From assembly GCF_035084215.1 (NCBI RefSeq), contig NC_090329.1, positions 41,354,001 through 41,418,000 of the forward strand: DNA of 64,000 nucleotides, in the 5' to 3' direction. Shown piece by piece: positions 1 to 12,443 of the stretch. Origin of the DNA: Heptranchias perlo (Eukaryota). The notes beneath the pieces are model-generated. The model saw only the letters and a program-made list of their open reading frames with translations. It did not search any database and was not told the DNA's origin. A program made the position numbers and the translations under genes. The stretch's first letter is position 1; the number at the start of each line of letters is the position of its first letter.

Positions 1-1049
1 CAGCACGGCCATATACATTAAAGTTGCAATGCTCTATAAAACTTAAGAAAGAATGAGACTAATTAACTTACGAGAAATTGTGTGTGTGATTTTTATTTCA
101 AAGATATTTACGTTTTTCTGCCAGACTAAGGTGTCTCTTGCATTGAATTTGCCAGTTGCTCTGATTTTACTCCTGTGATGCTGGTTCTTGGCCCTTTGAT
201 TTAGAGGAATGAGTTCTACAGAATGAAGATTCTTTAAACAAAATGAGATCTTAAGCTTACATACAAAAATTCAAATATCTCCTGAAGTGGGTTACATTTA
301 TAAATGTGATTTTTGATGAGGGAAGTATTTTAAAACAAGATATTAGAATAGTAATAGATCCAAGTTTGTTTTATACCATGCATGATATAAACCCTTTCTG
401 TGAGATATAAATGGGGAATGTATGGCATAAAATAAACAGAAAGAAAACAAAGTTGAGTAGGTGATTGATGATAAATAAGCTGAGTATGTGACACTGCGTG
501 TTATCACCTGCTCATCTCCTCTGGATTTTTTTCTGCCCACCTCACTTCCCTCAGCCTCATCCTCCATATAATATCCCGTTCACACAGCCACCTCCTTCAC
601 TCACCACTTCAGAATGTTTTTTCTTATGTTCCCCCCCCCCCCCCATCTCTAACCCTCCACTCTCCTATGAGTTCTGTTTATGGTTTGGTCATAATCAAAA
701 AGGTGAAGAGGTGTTCCAAGCATAATGTTTTATTAAGAGAAACAGTACAAGGTAAGTAGTAAAAGTTGTTAAAGTACAATCATACAGTTATAAGATTTTG
801 GGATACAAACTGGCAAAAAGTTACACCGACAAGGTCCCAAGCTGATCAAACTCGACCCTGTGATAAGATATTGAGCTGTCCAGTCACTCCGAGAATATTC
901 TAACTGTGTGTCTGTGTATGTCTCTCTCTCACCTATTAGTTCATACAGGACCTTGAGTGCCTTCCTCCAATTTCCACAACAATATAGAAACGGGCAACTA
1001 ATGGTTTCCCATGCCATGATGCACTATAAACATTAGATAATAATGGAGC

Positions 1050-1449
1050 CAGAGGGCTAATTTTAACCCCCATGAACAGGTGAGCTGGGGCGGGTGGATA
1101 GTAAAAAAATTGTTCAGCGGGACCGCATCCCGGCTCCAACACACCCGCCTCCAGGTTTAACCCAGGCAGCTTAGCATGCTCGCGCGCAACAGAAACCTGG
1201 AAGTCCTGTCCCTGCTTAAAACTGGCAGGGGGCAATGCACCTCATTGCGATAGTTGAGGCACTTCATTTTTTGTGTATTGGAAATGTGAAATGAATTTAA
1301 CCGTAGCTGTGTGGCTTTCCCATCGCTTATGATTCACTTGAAAGGAGGTGAGTCCATTATTGCACTGCTTGTGGGCCAGGATGAGCAGGAGTGGTTCATC
1401 CAGGCCCGACAAGCTCACCTGGTGCAATTGGACCCCCGCGATTGGCCGG

Positions 1450-1480
<31 letters not shown>

Positions 1481-1500
1481 ACCGACATGGTTTTGTTGAT
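1050..1500. mobile_element. GC-rich non-autonomous DNA-transposon (MITE-like) remnant
   Basis: Starts gggctaattttaacccc, and its first ~120 nt resemble the reverse complement of 21400-21545. CpG-rich against an AT-rich background. Confidence 0.4.
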
Positions 1501-2674
1501 GCTTTTCTCACACCTTCCATCACAAAAAAAAAATTATCCTAAACTCCCTCTGAAATATCTCATTTGCTCCACAATTCTCCTCACACCTTCTTCAATGGTC
1601 AATACCAGGTAGTTTCCTACTCCCACTGTTTCTCCGGTACAAAAGCTACCATAATGGACTCAAATCAGGGTTGAATAATGTGTGATTCATATCCTGGAGT
1701 TTGTCCTAATTACCTTGGTGCTCAAGAAGTAATTTAATAAAATTACATATACAACAAAAGTTACTTAGAAGAGTAAATAAATTGGTGAGAGTAAACAAGT
1801 ATGCAATTTATAGATAGTACAATGAAAGTAGCCTATTTGATGGGCTGAATGGCATTTTCTCATCCTATTTTTGAAGCTTCTTTTGCAAGTTTAAAAACAG
1901 ATTTAGCATTTGTTAACGATGTATAAAATTAGCTATTTCAAACATTTTTTTTTTTGCAGCACCCTTTAGGAATCCCACCATCTAAAAATACGCAGTTGCA
2001 GTTTTCTTTCTAAATACTTAAGATGTGAGAATGATGGGTGAGATTGCTGACTGTTAGAAGTGTTGTTTGCCCTTTTTTTTTCTATACGTGTGGCTGATGC
2101 AGGGCTGTAGATAGAAGTATGTGTGCAATGTGTGTCTGAAACGACTTGTCACTATCAGCCTTGGCTTCCTCTCTGAGCACAAGCGTCACAGCAGGAACAC
2201 AGGAGAGCTCCAGTTAGAGTCAGAACAGCTGGCACTGCAAGCAGTTGGGTGCTTTCTCAACCTGTCACTCATACCCGAAAAACCCCGCCGTGCCTATTTA
2301 CACTCAGTTGTAAGGAGATCCCCTCAATGCATCCAGTTTTGTTGAAAATTTAATAAAAAATATGTAATTTGTTCAGGGCTGTTTTAATATATTTTTCTGG
2401 TGTTCATCAAGCCTTGGTGCCTTTTTATTTAAAGTATTTAAACACTCCAGTTTTTTTTTTAATGACCATTTAATTATCTTTATTTCCTCCATTTGCATTA
2501 TAATTTTCCTCAAACTCTGTTCTGAATGAATAAATTTCCACGGCGGATACAAATCACCAGAAACATTTCATCTGCAGCCTTAGAATTGGATTACAGAGGT
2601 GTAAGTAAATAGCATAAAAAATGACCCAAGATTATAAATACTTGATGCAATTTTATTTTAAAATTTCTCTACAG

Positions 2675-2778
2675 GATGTTTACTCCTATAAACAAGTGGG
2701 TGTCCCAATAAATAGAATTTTTACAGTCAATCCTAAAGGTGAACTAATACAGGAGCATGCAAAGACCAATGTATCATC
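2675..2778 (+). CDS. LPIN1: Lipin-1 (phosphatidate phosphatase) penultimate coding exon, end of C-LIP/LNS2 domain
   Basis: Pyrimidine-rich acceptor (tttctctacAG at 2673-2674) and GTGAGT donor at 2779. The 104 nt encode [34 protein letters not shown](S), which I recognise as the lipin C-terminal region, closest to LPIN1. Confidence 0.95.
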
Positions 2779-2939
2779 GTGAGTAGACACTAATTTCTTT
2801 AATTTATTAGAGGTGTGTGTTTTTTTGCAAATTGTGTTTTAAATAAATTGTTCATTGCTTCAAATATTTTGCGTATAGCATGCACATCCTAGAACATATT
2901 TCCTGGTGCTTGAACATATTTTCCCTACCTTTTCTTAAG

Positions 2940-4570
2940 TTGTCTCCCACACTCCCTCCTACGTAGCTCACTGGTCCCACTCCCACTGAGCGGCTATGTC
3001 TGTCTCCAATCTCTCCTACTCTGTTTTCCTGTCTCCAACCCACCCACACCAAGCACTTAATGCCATCCAATTCACTCCTCCTGCCTCTTGCCACCCTGAG
3101 TGACCTTGCCTTTCCCTGCTCCCTTGTGCCATCTGTCACTACCCCGTGCCGACTGGCATCAGTTTTCCCTGCTTGCCACTTCACGGTGACTACTGCCACA
3201 TGTTGCTGCTCCCACTCCAAGCACTAGTACCTTCCCTCCTCCACTTCCTCCTGCTGTGTTTTACTGCCCCTGCCCTTTACTCCTCACCAAGTACCCAATC
3301 CCAACAGTCTTTCTCAAAAACCTCCAATTGTTATGCCATTTCCCCCACCCCCAGAACCCCACGTACCTTTTGATACTCCCTTCTGAAGTATTGCCTGTTA
3401 CGACAGTTCTCCTAATTGACTCAGACCATCACATTCAAGCCAATGCTGCCAGATCACATGACCCCTGCTCCCAATACTTCCAGATCTCAACCTCCCCAGT
3501 GCTACCACATCCCAGGACACTTCCCCAGTAGTCCCAGATTGGAATATCTCACACCAGCACCACCTTCCCATCACAGCCATACCCCATCACACAACTCCCA
3601 AACTTTAGAATCCTGTACCACTGCATCCACACACCACCGCCCAATTTCAACCTTCCCATACCCCAAGACCCCTCTTCTGATGCTTCGCCCATACCTGACA
3701 CATCCCAATAAACCTTTCCCACTTCCATCACACCCTGACATCCCATTCCCAATACTCCCTAATGCCAGGATCCCTTCCCACTTCTCTGACGTTCCAGGAC
3801 TTCCCTCCCAGTTCTAACATCTTGAAACCTGCCTCCTATACTCCTACATCCCATGCACCCCTCCCCATTCTCTGCAAACTCCCACACCTCCAATACTTCA
3901 ACAGCCAACGCCTGTAGTACTACAACATCGCATAACCTCCCCATGGTATTCCCATATCATGAAACCACCTCCACTATTACTAAATCCCTCAATGCTGGTT
4001 CCACTTCTCCCACATCCCAGCAGCATCGTCCCATCACTGCCACGTGCTGTAAATCCCACTCCGACTACATCCCCACACACAACTTACAAAACCTGGGACA
4101 TCCCCTCCTGCAAATCGAATATCCAGTGACCCGACACTGAATCCTTCCATAACCCAGAAACACCTTACTAACTCTTACCAAAACTTTAAACCCAAGGCTC
4201 CCCTCCCATTTGTACATAATTTAAAAACAAAACTTATCCTCCATTCCTTTTCTTTCACCATTCTCTTTCTTTAGCACCCTGACTCTCCTGTTCCCACTCA
4301 CACTTCATCCCACCAATTTCTCCATGTTCACCGCCAAACTCTGCAATTCTCTAACTCCCCTTCCCCTTTATCGCTAATCTTTTATCGTCCGTGTCACTCA
4401 ACCCAAACTCCCACTTTTCCACCCCCCTGTCACCACAAACCTCTTTCCTACTCACCACCACCAATCTCTCTGCACCTGTATTATTTTCTGCTCCTTCCTC
4501 TTCTAATGCTTCATTTGTTCCTACCACTCAACCCAAATTTGCCAACCCTGTCCCTCCTCCACTTGCAAAT
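2940..4570 (+). repeat. C-rich, G-poor low-complexity tract
   Basis: About 1.6 kb strongly depleted of G on +, with recurring ccca/ctcc/atcc words and no fixed period. The ORFs here are P/S/T/H-rich compositional artefacts. Confidence 0.6.
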
Positions 4571-5225
4571 TAAGCTTCACACTCACATAGCAAATTCCAA
4601 ATTAATCCATTCCTTATTGAAAAAACAAATCTTCCACCGGGTCATATTTCAAAATGCTGCACTCCTGGTGGTGAGCTTTGTGTAACAGGAGCGCTGATTG
4701 AAGTGTTGGGGCGAAGGTTAGATTCATGGTTCACCTGATTTTCCACCTATTGAAATTAATGGATGGAAAATCAGCAATCTAGGAAACAACTTTCATACCC
4801 GATATTCTGACTAGCACTGCTGTCACGTGAAGTTTGTAGGAACCTACATTGTAAAATATCCCCCTTTTTCCCTAATGCCTCATAATACTCCCACTGTTAG
4901 ACACTCACCAATATAAAAACAACCTTCTCCTCCCACCCCAGCACAAAATCTGATAATGGTACATAAATAAAAATCTATAATTTAATCTACATACAATCTA
5001 CTACATACACAATATATTGAATATACACATCATATTAAAAAGTTCTACACACCAGTTATGCTCGATCAGTACATAAATATATTAGTTCATAAACTTCACG
5101 TAGATTTAACTTCCATTCCTTTTATTCATATAAAAACCTTTCAATATAAAATTTCATCTTAATTTTCAATTAGTTCAATTCATTTCATTTGCTTTTTTTC
5201 TATATAGTTTCCATATTTATATGTC

Positions 5226-5387
5226 AGCTTTGGCCCAGTGGTGACTCTTGAGTCAGAAGATCATGGGTTCAAGCCCCACTCCAGACACTTGAGCACATAA
5301 TCCAGGCTGACACTTCAATGCAGTACTGAGGGAGTGCTGCACTGTCAGAGGTTCTGTCTTTCTTATGAGTTATTAAACTGAGGTCTG
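5226..5387 (+). mobile_element. tRNA-derived SINE with Deu-domain-like core (DeuSINE/SacSINE1-like), 3' truncated
   Basis: A-box-like tggcccagtgg and B-box GGTTCAAGCCC, then gcagtactgagggagtgctgcactgtcagagg...ttaaactgagg, which resembles the Deu core. Confidence 0.7.
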
Positions 5388-5844
5388 GCTTTCCTGGGTG
5401 CAACTTGGGCAGGCAGGGGCAGAAAATTGGATGGGAACATGCCCCGCTGTTTTCCTGCCTATTGGATTTCCTGATGCCGACCTTCAATACACCTACCCAT
5501 ACATTCCGATCGTTTGTGCCATGGAGATGCTGATCGCAAGAGGTGCCTGTTGGCCCCTGGAAACCAGCATTGCTATGGGCAACACCGGTGTGGGGGGGGG
5601 GGGGGGGACTCATGACCCTCTCCCCACCAATCATTTTGAGATCGGCCAAATTGGGATATCGTGACTCGATCAAAAAATGACCCATTTAACTTTTAAATTC
5701 CCAATCACATTGCTCTGTCAAGCCTGACGCAAATGGCAGTGTGGCATTGGAGGACATTGTTGTGGCTGTGCTATGCCAAATCTGAACTTTGACACACCCT
5801 CTTTCCCCCCCCCCCCCCTCCGCCCAACGCGCGCACGCAATTTT

Positions 5845-5937
5845 CAAGACTGAGATTGATTGACTTTTATTAGGTAAGGGTATCAAGGGATATGGAGCAA
5901 GGGTGGGGTAAATGGAGTCGAGGTACAGATCAGCCAT
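5845..5937 (+). mobile_element. CR1 LINE 3' fragment
   Basis: ttcaagactgagattgat...ggtatcaagggatatgg...cagatcagccat matches the CR1 3' ends at 33780-33880 and 52660-52760. Confidence 0.7.
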
Positions 5938-6654
5938 TTAAAATTTAAATGGCCCAAAAGCCTATGCTCTGGTACCAATTTTTTTTTTAAAAAGCCAAGT
6001 ATATAATCAAATTTGGACTTTCATCCTAAGGGCCCAAGTTCAAATTGCAGGCTCAACTGTATTCAAGCTCAAATATCCTTTATGGGTGAGCTTTGCTGAG
6101 CCCTTGGATATCATGCTTCTTAGTGAAAAGAGATCTAAAAAAAAATCAGAAGTGTGACTTATTTTACCTGACTGAACCTATCTCCTGTCTGTTGATATAG
6201 AGCAAGTCTATAGCCACAGCCCACTCAGCTGAAGGAGGAGGCATGGAGGTAGATAGACACTGAAAAAGGATAATACCTCAGTAAAATGACACCAAACAAA
6301 TTAAGTACAAGTAGCAACGTACTTAAGGCTTGTGCTTAAAATACAGCATTAAAAATTTTAAAATTGTGACCTCTGAAGTTACAATTTGTTCCACCTCATT
6401 GTGTCTCAAAACTAGGTCATTCTGACTAGTGAATATAAATTTGTATCTGAAGTAATTGCAACTAATCATTTAACAAAATGTGACAGCCAGTGCTTCCTGG
6501 AAAAGGAGGGGGAGGGGGGAAAATAGATTTTATGGCCTGAACAAGTGTATGGGAGTTGGATATAAAAAAAAATGAAATAAGACAAAGTATGGAATATGGG
6601 TACAGCTAGGATATTTTATAATGTAGTACTGTCAATATACATTGGTTGGTTGTT

Positions 6655-9470
6655 TTTGTTCATATGAACATATGAAATTGACGGGCAGGAAACGACCAGC
6701 TGGTCCATCAAGCCTGCCACACAATGATGGCCAGACCATCGTGGCTAAACACTTCTTGCCTCCCACCCTGCAGCCATGTAATCTCCTGGGAGAGGCAAAC
6801 AACAGAAAAAACCCAGGGCCAATAAGGGAAAATTCCTCTCCAACCTCCTCTGGTGATCGAAGCCTGTCCAGGAGATCACATGGACCAAGTGTTATCTATA
6901 AAACACTTGCCACCAATATGATGCGATCTCTGCTTTAGTCAGGAACCAGTCCAGCTCCCTCTTGAAGGCCTGCAGAGAGTCAGCACCCACCACACCAGCC
7001 AGCAATGTATTCCAGAGGCTCACTACTCTGGGAAAAGTAGAACTGCCTAACATTCAGTCTGTTTCTGCTCCTACATAGTTTAAACTCATGTCCCCATGTC
7101 CTCCCCAATCTGTTAAACTGAAATGATCCATCAATAGGAACACTATCCAGTCCTTTAATTATTTTATAGACCTCTATTGGGTCACCTCTATGTCTACGCT
7201 GCTCTAAAGTAAATAGACCAAGGACCTTGAGCCTATTTGAGTAGCTGAGGTTCTTTAAGCTAGGAATCATTTTTGTAGCTCTTCTTTGGACCTTTTCCAA
7301 CGCCGCTATATCACCCGCATGTAGGTGGACCAAAACTGGGCACAGTTGACCAGCGACCTGTATAGTGTCAAAATGGTGTCCTTTAATTTATAACTGGTTA
7401 TATTAATACAATCCAATACCTTGTTAACTTTAGCTACAGTTTCTCTACATTGGTGATGAACCTTTAGTGATCTGTGCACAATAACACCAAGATCTTTTTT
7501 GTCGCTCAACCTCTTTCAGTATTGTTCCCTGCAAATGATACGTGTATTCTGTGTTGGCCCTACCAACATGCATCACACTACATTTATCTAAATTAAACTC
7601 CATTTGCCAACGTGTGGCCCACTCCCCTAGCAAGTCTAAATCTAGCATGTCTCGAATTTGCCTCTGTACTTTCCTCATCAACCATAATGGTTTGTTTTAC
7701 CATGTGTCCTTTTAACCATTGGGACGTACATGGCTTCATTCTGTTTGAGTGGTTTTAAATAGAACCCATTTGTCCTCTGTGCTTGATTGCCAAACTAGTA
7801 GTGTTGCCCAGTCAATTTTTGCCAGATCTTCAGCCATTTTTGTAAAGTAAGTCCTCTTAAAATCTGAGACCAGCATTAGATTGGCTGCAGCTTTGGATTG
7901 GCCAATAAGATTAAACCTAATTGTTATGATCAGAGCAGGCCAGGTGTTCCCCCACATGGAAGGTTGATACAGCACTAGGGTCACTGCTAAAAACCAGATC
8001 TAGAATTTGTTTATCTCTAGTTGCCTCACCAACATGCTGTTTAAGGAAACAATCATTTATGGTGTCTATAAAAGTCTCAGGTACTCTCCCCATTTCACTA
8101 GATGATTCAGCATCTGACCATTTATAGAATCATAGAAAGGTTACAGCACGAAAGGAGGCCATTCGGCCCATCGAGTCCATGCCGGCTCTATGCAAAAGCA
8201 ATCCAGCTAGTCCCACTCCCCCGCCCTTTCCCTGTAGCCCTGCAAATTTTTTTCTTTCAAGTACTTATCCAGTTCCTTTTTGAAGGCTATGATTGAATCT
8301 GCCTCCACCAATCCCTTGGACAGTGCATTCCAGATCCTAACCATTCGCTGTGTAAAAAGGATTTTCCTCATGTCACCTTGGGTTCTTTTGCCAATCACCT
8401 TTAAATCTATGTTCTCTGATCCTTGACCCTTCTCTCTATCTACTCTGTCTAGACCCTTCATGATTTTGAATACTTCTATCAAATCTCCTTGCAACCGTCT
8501 CTGTTCCAAGGAAAACAACCCCAGCTTCTCCAGTCTATCCACGTAATTGAAGTCCCTCATCCCTGGAATCATTCTTCTGCACCCTCTCTAAGGCTGTCAC
8601 ATCTTTCCTGAAGTGCGGTACCCAGAACTGGGCACAATACTCCAGTTGTGGCCGAACCATTGTTTATAAAGTTTCATCATGACTTCCATACTTTTGAACT
8701 CTTTGCCTATATTTATAAAGCCCAGGATCCCGTATGCTTTTTTAACCACTTTCTCAACCTGCCCTGCCACCTTCAATGATATGTGCACGTATATCCCCAG
8801 ATCTCTGTTCCTGTGCCCCTTTTAGAGTTGTGCTCTCTCGTTTATATTGCCTCTCCTCGTTCTTCCGACCGAAATGTATCACTTTGCATTTTTCTGCGTT
8901 AAATTTCATCTGCCGCATGTCCACCCATGCCACCAGCCTGTCTATATCCTCTTGAAGTCTATCACTATCCTCCTCACTGTTTACTACCCTTCCAAGTTTT
9001 GTCATCTGCCCCCATAATGCACATTGGCCCCAGGCTAGAATCCGTGGTAATTTGTGAACAAAGTTTCTCATCAGCTAGGGATGCCTGTCCTGAAGGTCTG
9101 TAATGAGTGCCAATCACAATCTTGGGACCATTGGCTTGGACTAATTGAATCCAAACAGCTGCTACTGATGTGCTAATATCTCTTGCCACAGCAGGCAGAT
9201 TATTTCTGACAATTCAGGCGACACCACCTCCCTTCTGACCTATTCTGTCTTTCTTAAAACAGTTATACCCTGCGATATGGCATTCGGCACCATCATTTAA
9301 ATCTAGCCATGTCTCAGTAACACCTATAACATCTGGGTTTTCTAATGCTGCATATGATTGTAGTTCCAGCAGCTTATTTCTAAAACTTCTTGCATTAGCG
9401 TAGAAGCATTTCAATGGTTTGTCAGTTAGCTGACTCTGGGTATCATTCATTTTCTGCACCTTACCTTTAG
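6655..9470 (-). mobile_element. Degenerate, internally deleted CR1-clade LINE (endonuclease at 9010-9460, RT C-terminus at 6980-7680), interrupted by a younger CR1
   Basis: APE endonuclease motifs YANARS, GVTETW and DRIGQKGGGVA; RT/C-terminal peptides WATRWQMEFNLDKCSVMH and LEKVQRRATKMIP; (TTCATATG)n-like 3' tail near 6660. Confidence 0.85.
8124..9005 (-). mobile_element. CR1 LINE 3' fragment nested in the older CR1
   Basis: Peptides LQEDIDRLVAW..QMKFNAEKCKVIHFG and LEQRRLQGDLIEVFKIMKG; 3' tail ttctatgattcta. Confidence 0.9.
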
Positions 9471-10885
9471 AACATTTGGATAGTCTTTAAGTGCTGCCTA
9501 CCCCAGTAAAACTATTGGCTGGTTTATCTAATTTAGTCATGCCATTAGAGTCTGATCTTCCTGGTGCTTAGTCCTTTCACCAAACCTCATTTTGTTGTTA
9601 AACTTATGACTGGATAATAACTTTCATTTATAGATATTCATAAAGAAATATTCCTGTAAGAAATTTCTAAAAACTCAAAGCGAACGCACAAATTTCTAAT
9701 TCAAAAAGCATCAAAATATTCATCAGAATGAAATGACAGAACTCAAATAATGTTTTTAGCAAGTATTTAAACTAGTATTAAGTTAAAACTTTATATTTAA
9801 GTAAACACAGATCCCTCTTACATAGAATGTACAGCACAGAAACAGGCCATTTGGCCCAACAAGTACATGCCGATGTTTATGCTTCACATGAGCCTCCTTC
9901 CTCCCCACTTCATCGAACCCTATCGGCATATCCTTCTATTCCTTTCTCCTTCGTATTTATCCAGCTTCCCCTTAAATGCACCTATGCTAGTTGCTTCACC
10001 TATTCCTTGTGGTAGCAAGTTTCACATTCTAACTACTCTCTGGGTAAAGAAGTTTCTCCTGAATTCCCTATTGGATTTATTAATGACTATCTTATATTTA
10101 TGGTCCCTAGTTCTGGTCTCCCCCTTCAGTACGTCTAACCTATCAAACCCTTTTATAATCTTAAAGACCTGCATCTGGTCACCCTGCAGGCTTTTTTTTC
10201 TCGAGAAAAGAGCCCCAGCCTGTTCAATCTTTCCTGATAGGTATAACCTTTCAGTTCTAATATCATCCTAGTAAATCTGTTTGCACTTTCTCCAGTGCCT
10301 CTATATCCTTTTGATGATATGGAGACCAGAACTGTTCACAATACTCCAAATGTAGTCTAACCAAGGCACTATACAAGTTTAACATAACTTCTCTGCTTTC
10401 CAATTCTATCCCTCTAGAAATGAACACTACTGCTTGGTTTTCTTATTATGCCCTTATTAAACTATACCCCATTTAGACTCTTATTTTCCAAGGAGAATGT
10501 AGCCTCCTTGTTCTTCCTACCAAAATGTACCATCTCACACTTAATCTATATTGAAATCCATTTGCCAATTACATGCCCATTCTGCCGGTTTATTAATGTT
10601 TTCCTATGTTTTGTCAGTCCTCCTTGGTATTAATTATACCCCCCAATTTGGTGGTGTCTGCAAATTTTGAAATTGTATTTCAGATTCCCGAGTCCAAATC
10701 ATTTATGTAAATAGTGAACAGTGGTCCCAGCACCGATCCTTGCGGAACACCACTTCCCACCATTTGCCACTCTGAGTAACTACCTTTAAACCCTACTCTG
10801 TTTTCTGTTTTGTAGCCAGCTTGCTATCCATTCTGCTACTTGTCCCCTGACTCCATGTGCTCTGACCTTAGTCATGAGTCTACAT

Positions 10886-11315
10886 TGGTACCCCATCCAC
10901 CACCCTAAACATTCACTCCCATCACCAGCGCACCGTGGCTGCAGTGTGTACCATCTACAGGATGCACTGCAGCAACTCGCCAAGGCTTCTTCAACAGCAC
11001 CTCACAAACCCGTGCCCTCTACCACCTAGAAGGACAACGACAAGGGCAGTAGGCTCATGGGAACACCACCACCTGCACGTTCCCCTCCAAGTCACACACC
11101 ATTCCGACTTGGAAATATATCGCCGTTCCTTCTTCGTCGCTGGGTCAAAATCCTGGAACTCCCTACCTAACAGCACTGTGGGAGAACCTTCACCAACCGG
11201 ACTGCAGCGGTTCAAGAAGGCGGCTCACCACCACCTTCTCCAGGGCAATTAGGGATGAGCAATAAATGCTGGCCTTGCCAGCGACGCCCACATCCCATGA
11301 ACAAACTTTTAAAAA
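10886..11315 (+). mobile_element. LINE 3' fragment (second CR1/Jockey-group family, with GGGATG...CATCCC 3' stem-loop)
   Basis: Peptide AAVCTIYRMHCSNSPRLL...WNSLPNSTV...FKKAAHHHLLQGN*; 3' UTR hairpin and A-rich tail; interrupts the host RT. Confidence 0.85.
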
Positions 11316-12154
11316 AACTGAGGTACCTTATCAAACACCTTTTGAAAATCCAAATATATTACGCCTACTGCATTACTGTTGTCTACCCTTTCTGTTACTT
11401 CAAAGAATTCAATAAGGTTGGTCAAGCATGACCTTCCCTTTTGAAATCCGTGCTGACTATTCTTTATTATATTTTTGGTTTCTGGATGTTTTTCTATTAC
11501 ATTTTTGAGTAAGGATTCCATTACCTTTCCTACCACCGACGTTAAGCTAATTGGCCTATAGTTCCCTGAACTTGTTCAATCTGTCTCTTTTTAAATATAG
11601 GAATCACATAAGTTGCCTGCCAGTCCTCTGGCACTATTCCCTTTTCTGGTGAATTTTTATATAAATATATATATATGTAATAGTGCCTCTGCTATCTCCT
11701 CCCTAACTTCTTTTAATATTTGTGGATGCAATCCATCCGGACCAGGGGCCTTATCCCCTCTAAGTTTGATTAGTTTATCAATTATCTCTCCCCTTTCTAT
11801 CTTAAATGTCTTTATACCTTTTTTGATCTCTTCTTCTTATGTCCTGCCCACCATGTTAGTATCACTGGTAAATACTGAGGCAAATTAATTATTTAGTATT
11901 TCTGTCATTACCTGTGAGTTTATCATGTATATCCCTTAGTAGCCCTATCCCTATCCTGATTTTTCTTTTGTTATTTGTCTCTGTACAACACTTTACTATT
12001 TTTATATTCCTTGATAATTTAATCTTGTTTCTCTTTGCTTTCCTAATTGTTTTTTGACTTCTTTCCAACCTTTTTGAATTCTCCTTTGTTGTCTATGTAC
12101 TTATGTAAGGAATCTTACAACACCAGGTTATAGTCCAACAAATTTATTTTAAAA

Positions 12155-12191
12155 TCACAAGCTTTCGGAGATTATCTCCTTCGTTAGATGA
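12155..12191 (-). ncRNA. Hammerhead copy in the inverted arm with a core mutation (CUGA to CUAA)
   Basis: Reverse complement is identical to 13488-13524 except at 12185 (G5 to A). Confidence 0.75.
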
Positions 12192-12443
12192 ATGAATGAA
12201 AAGGTTCTCAAATCGCATATCTTATACTATGTTGGGACAGCATCACACCAATCAAAAGGTGTCGTCGTTATTCAAACAGGCCAGTCACGGAGAACAGCAC
12301 GTCCCAGTACTCTCGATATACATTGTGTCTTTTACACAGGCAGGCAGAAAGAAACTCAAAATGGCAGAGAGAGAGAGAGAGAATTTTAAAAAACATATAA
12401 ATTTTTTCCCCCTTTTTGCTGGTGGGGTTACGTGTAGCGTGAC

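Noticed and set aside
1452-1480. Poly-Pro and poly-Gly ORFs
   Set aside because: Caused by a poly-C run.
1-2674. Further upstream lpin1 exon
   Set aside because: The expected PFYAAFGNR-type exon was not found; it probably lies before the window.
5232-5280. tRNA gene
   Set aside because: A/B boxes belong to a SINE head and no cloverleaf forms. A similar head fragment lies near 38940.
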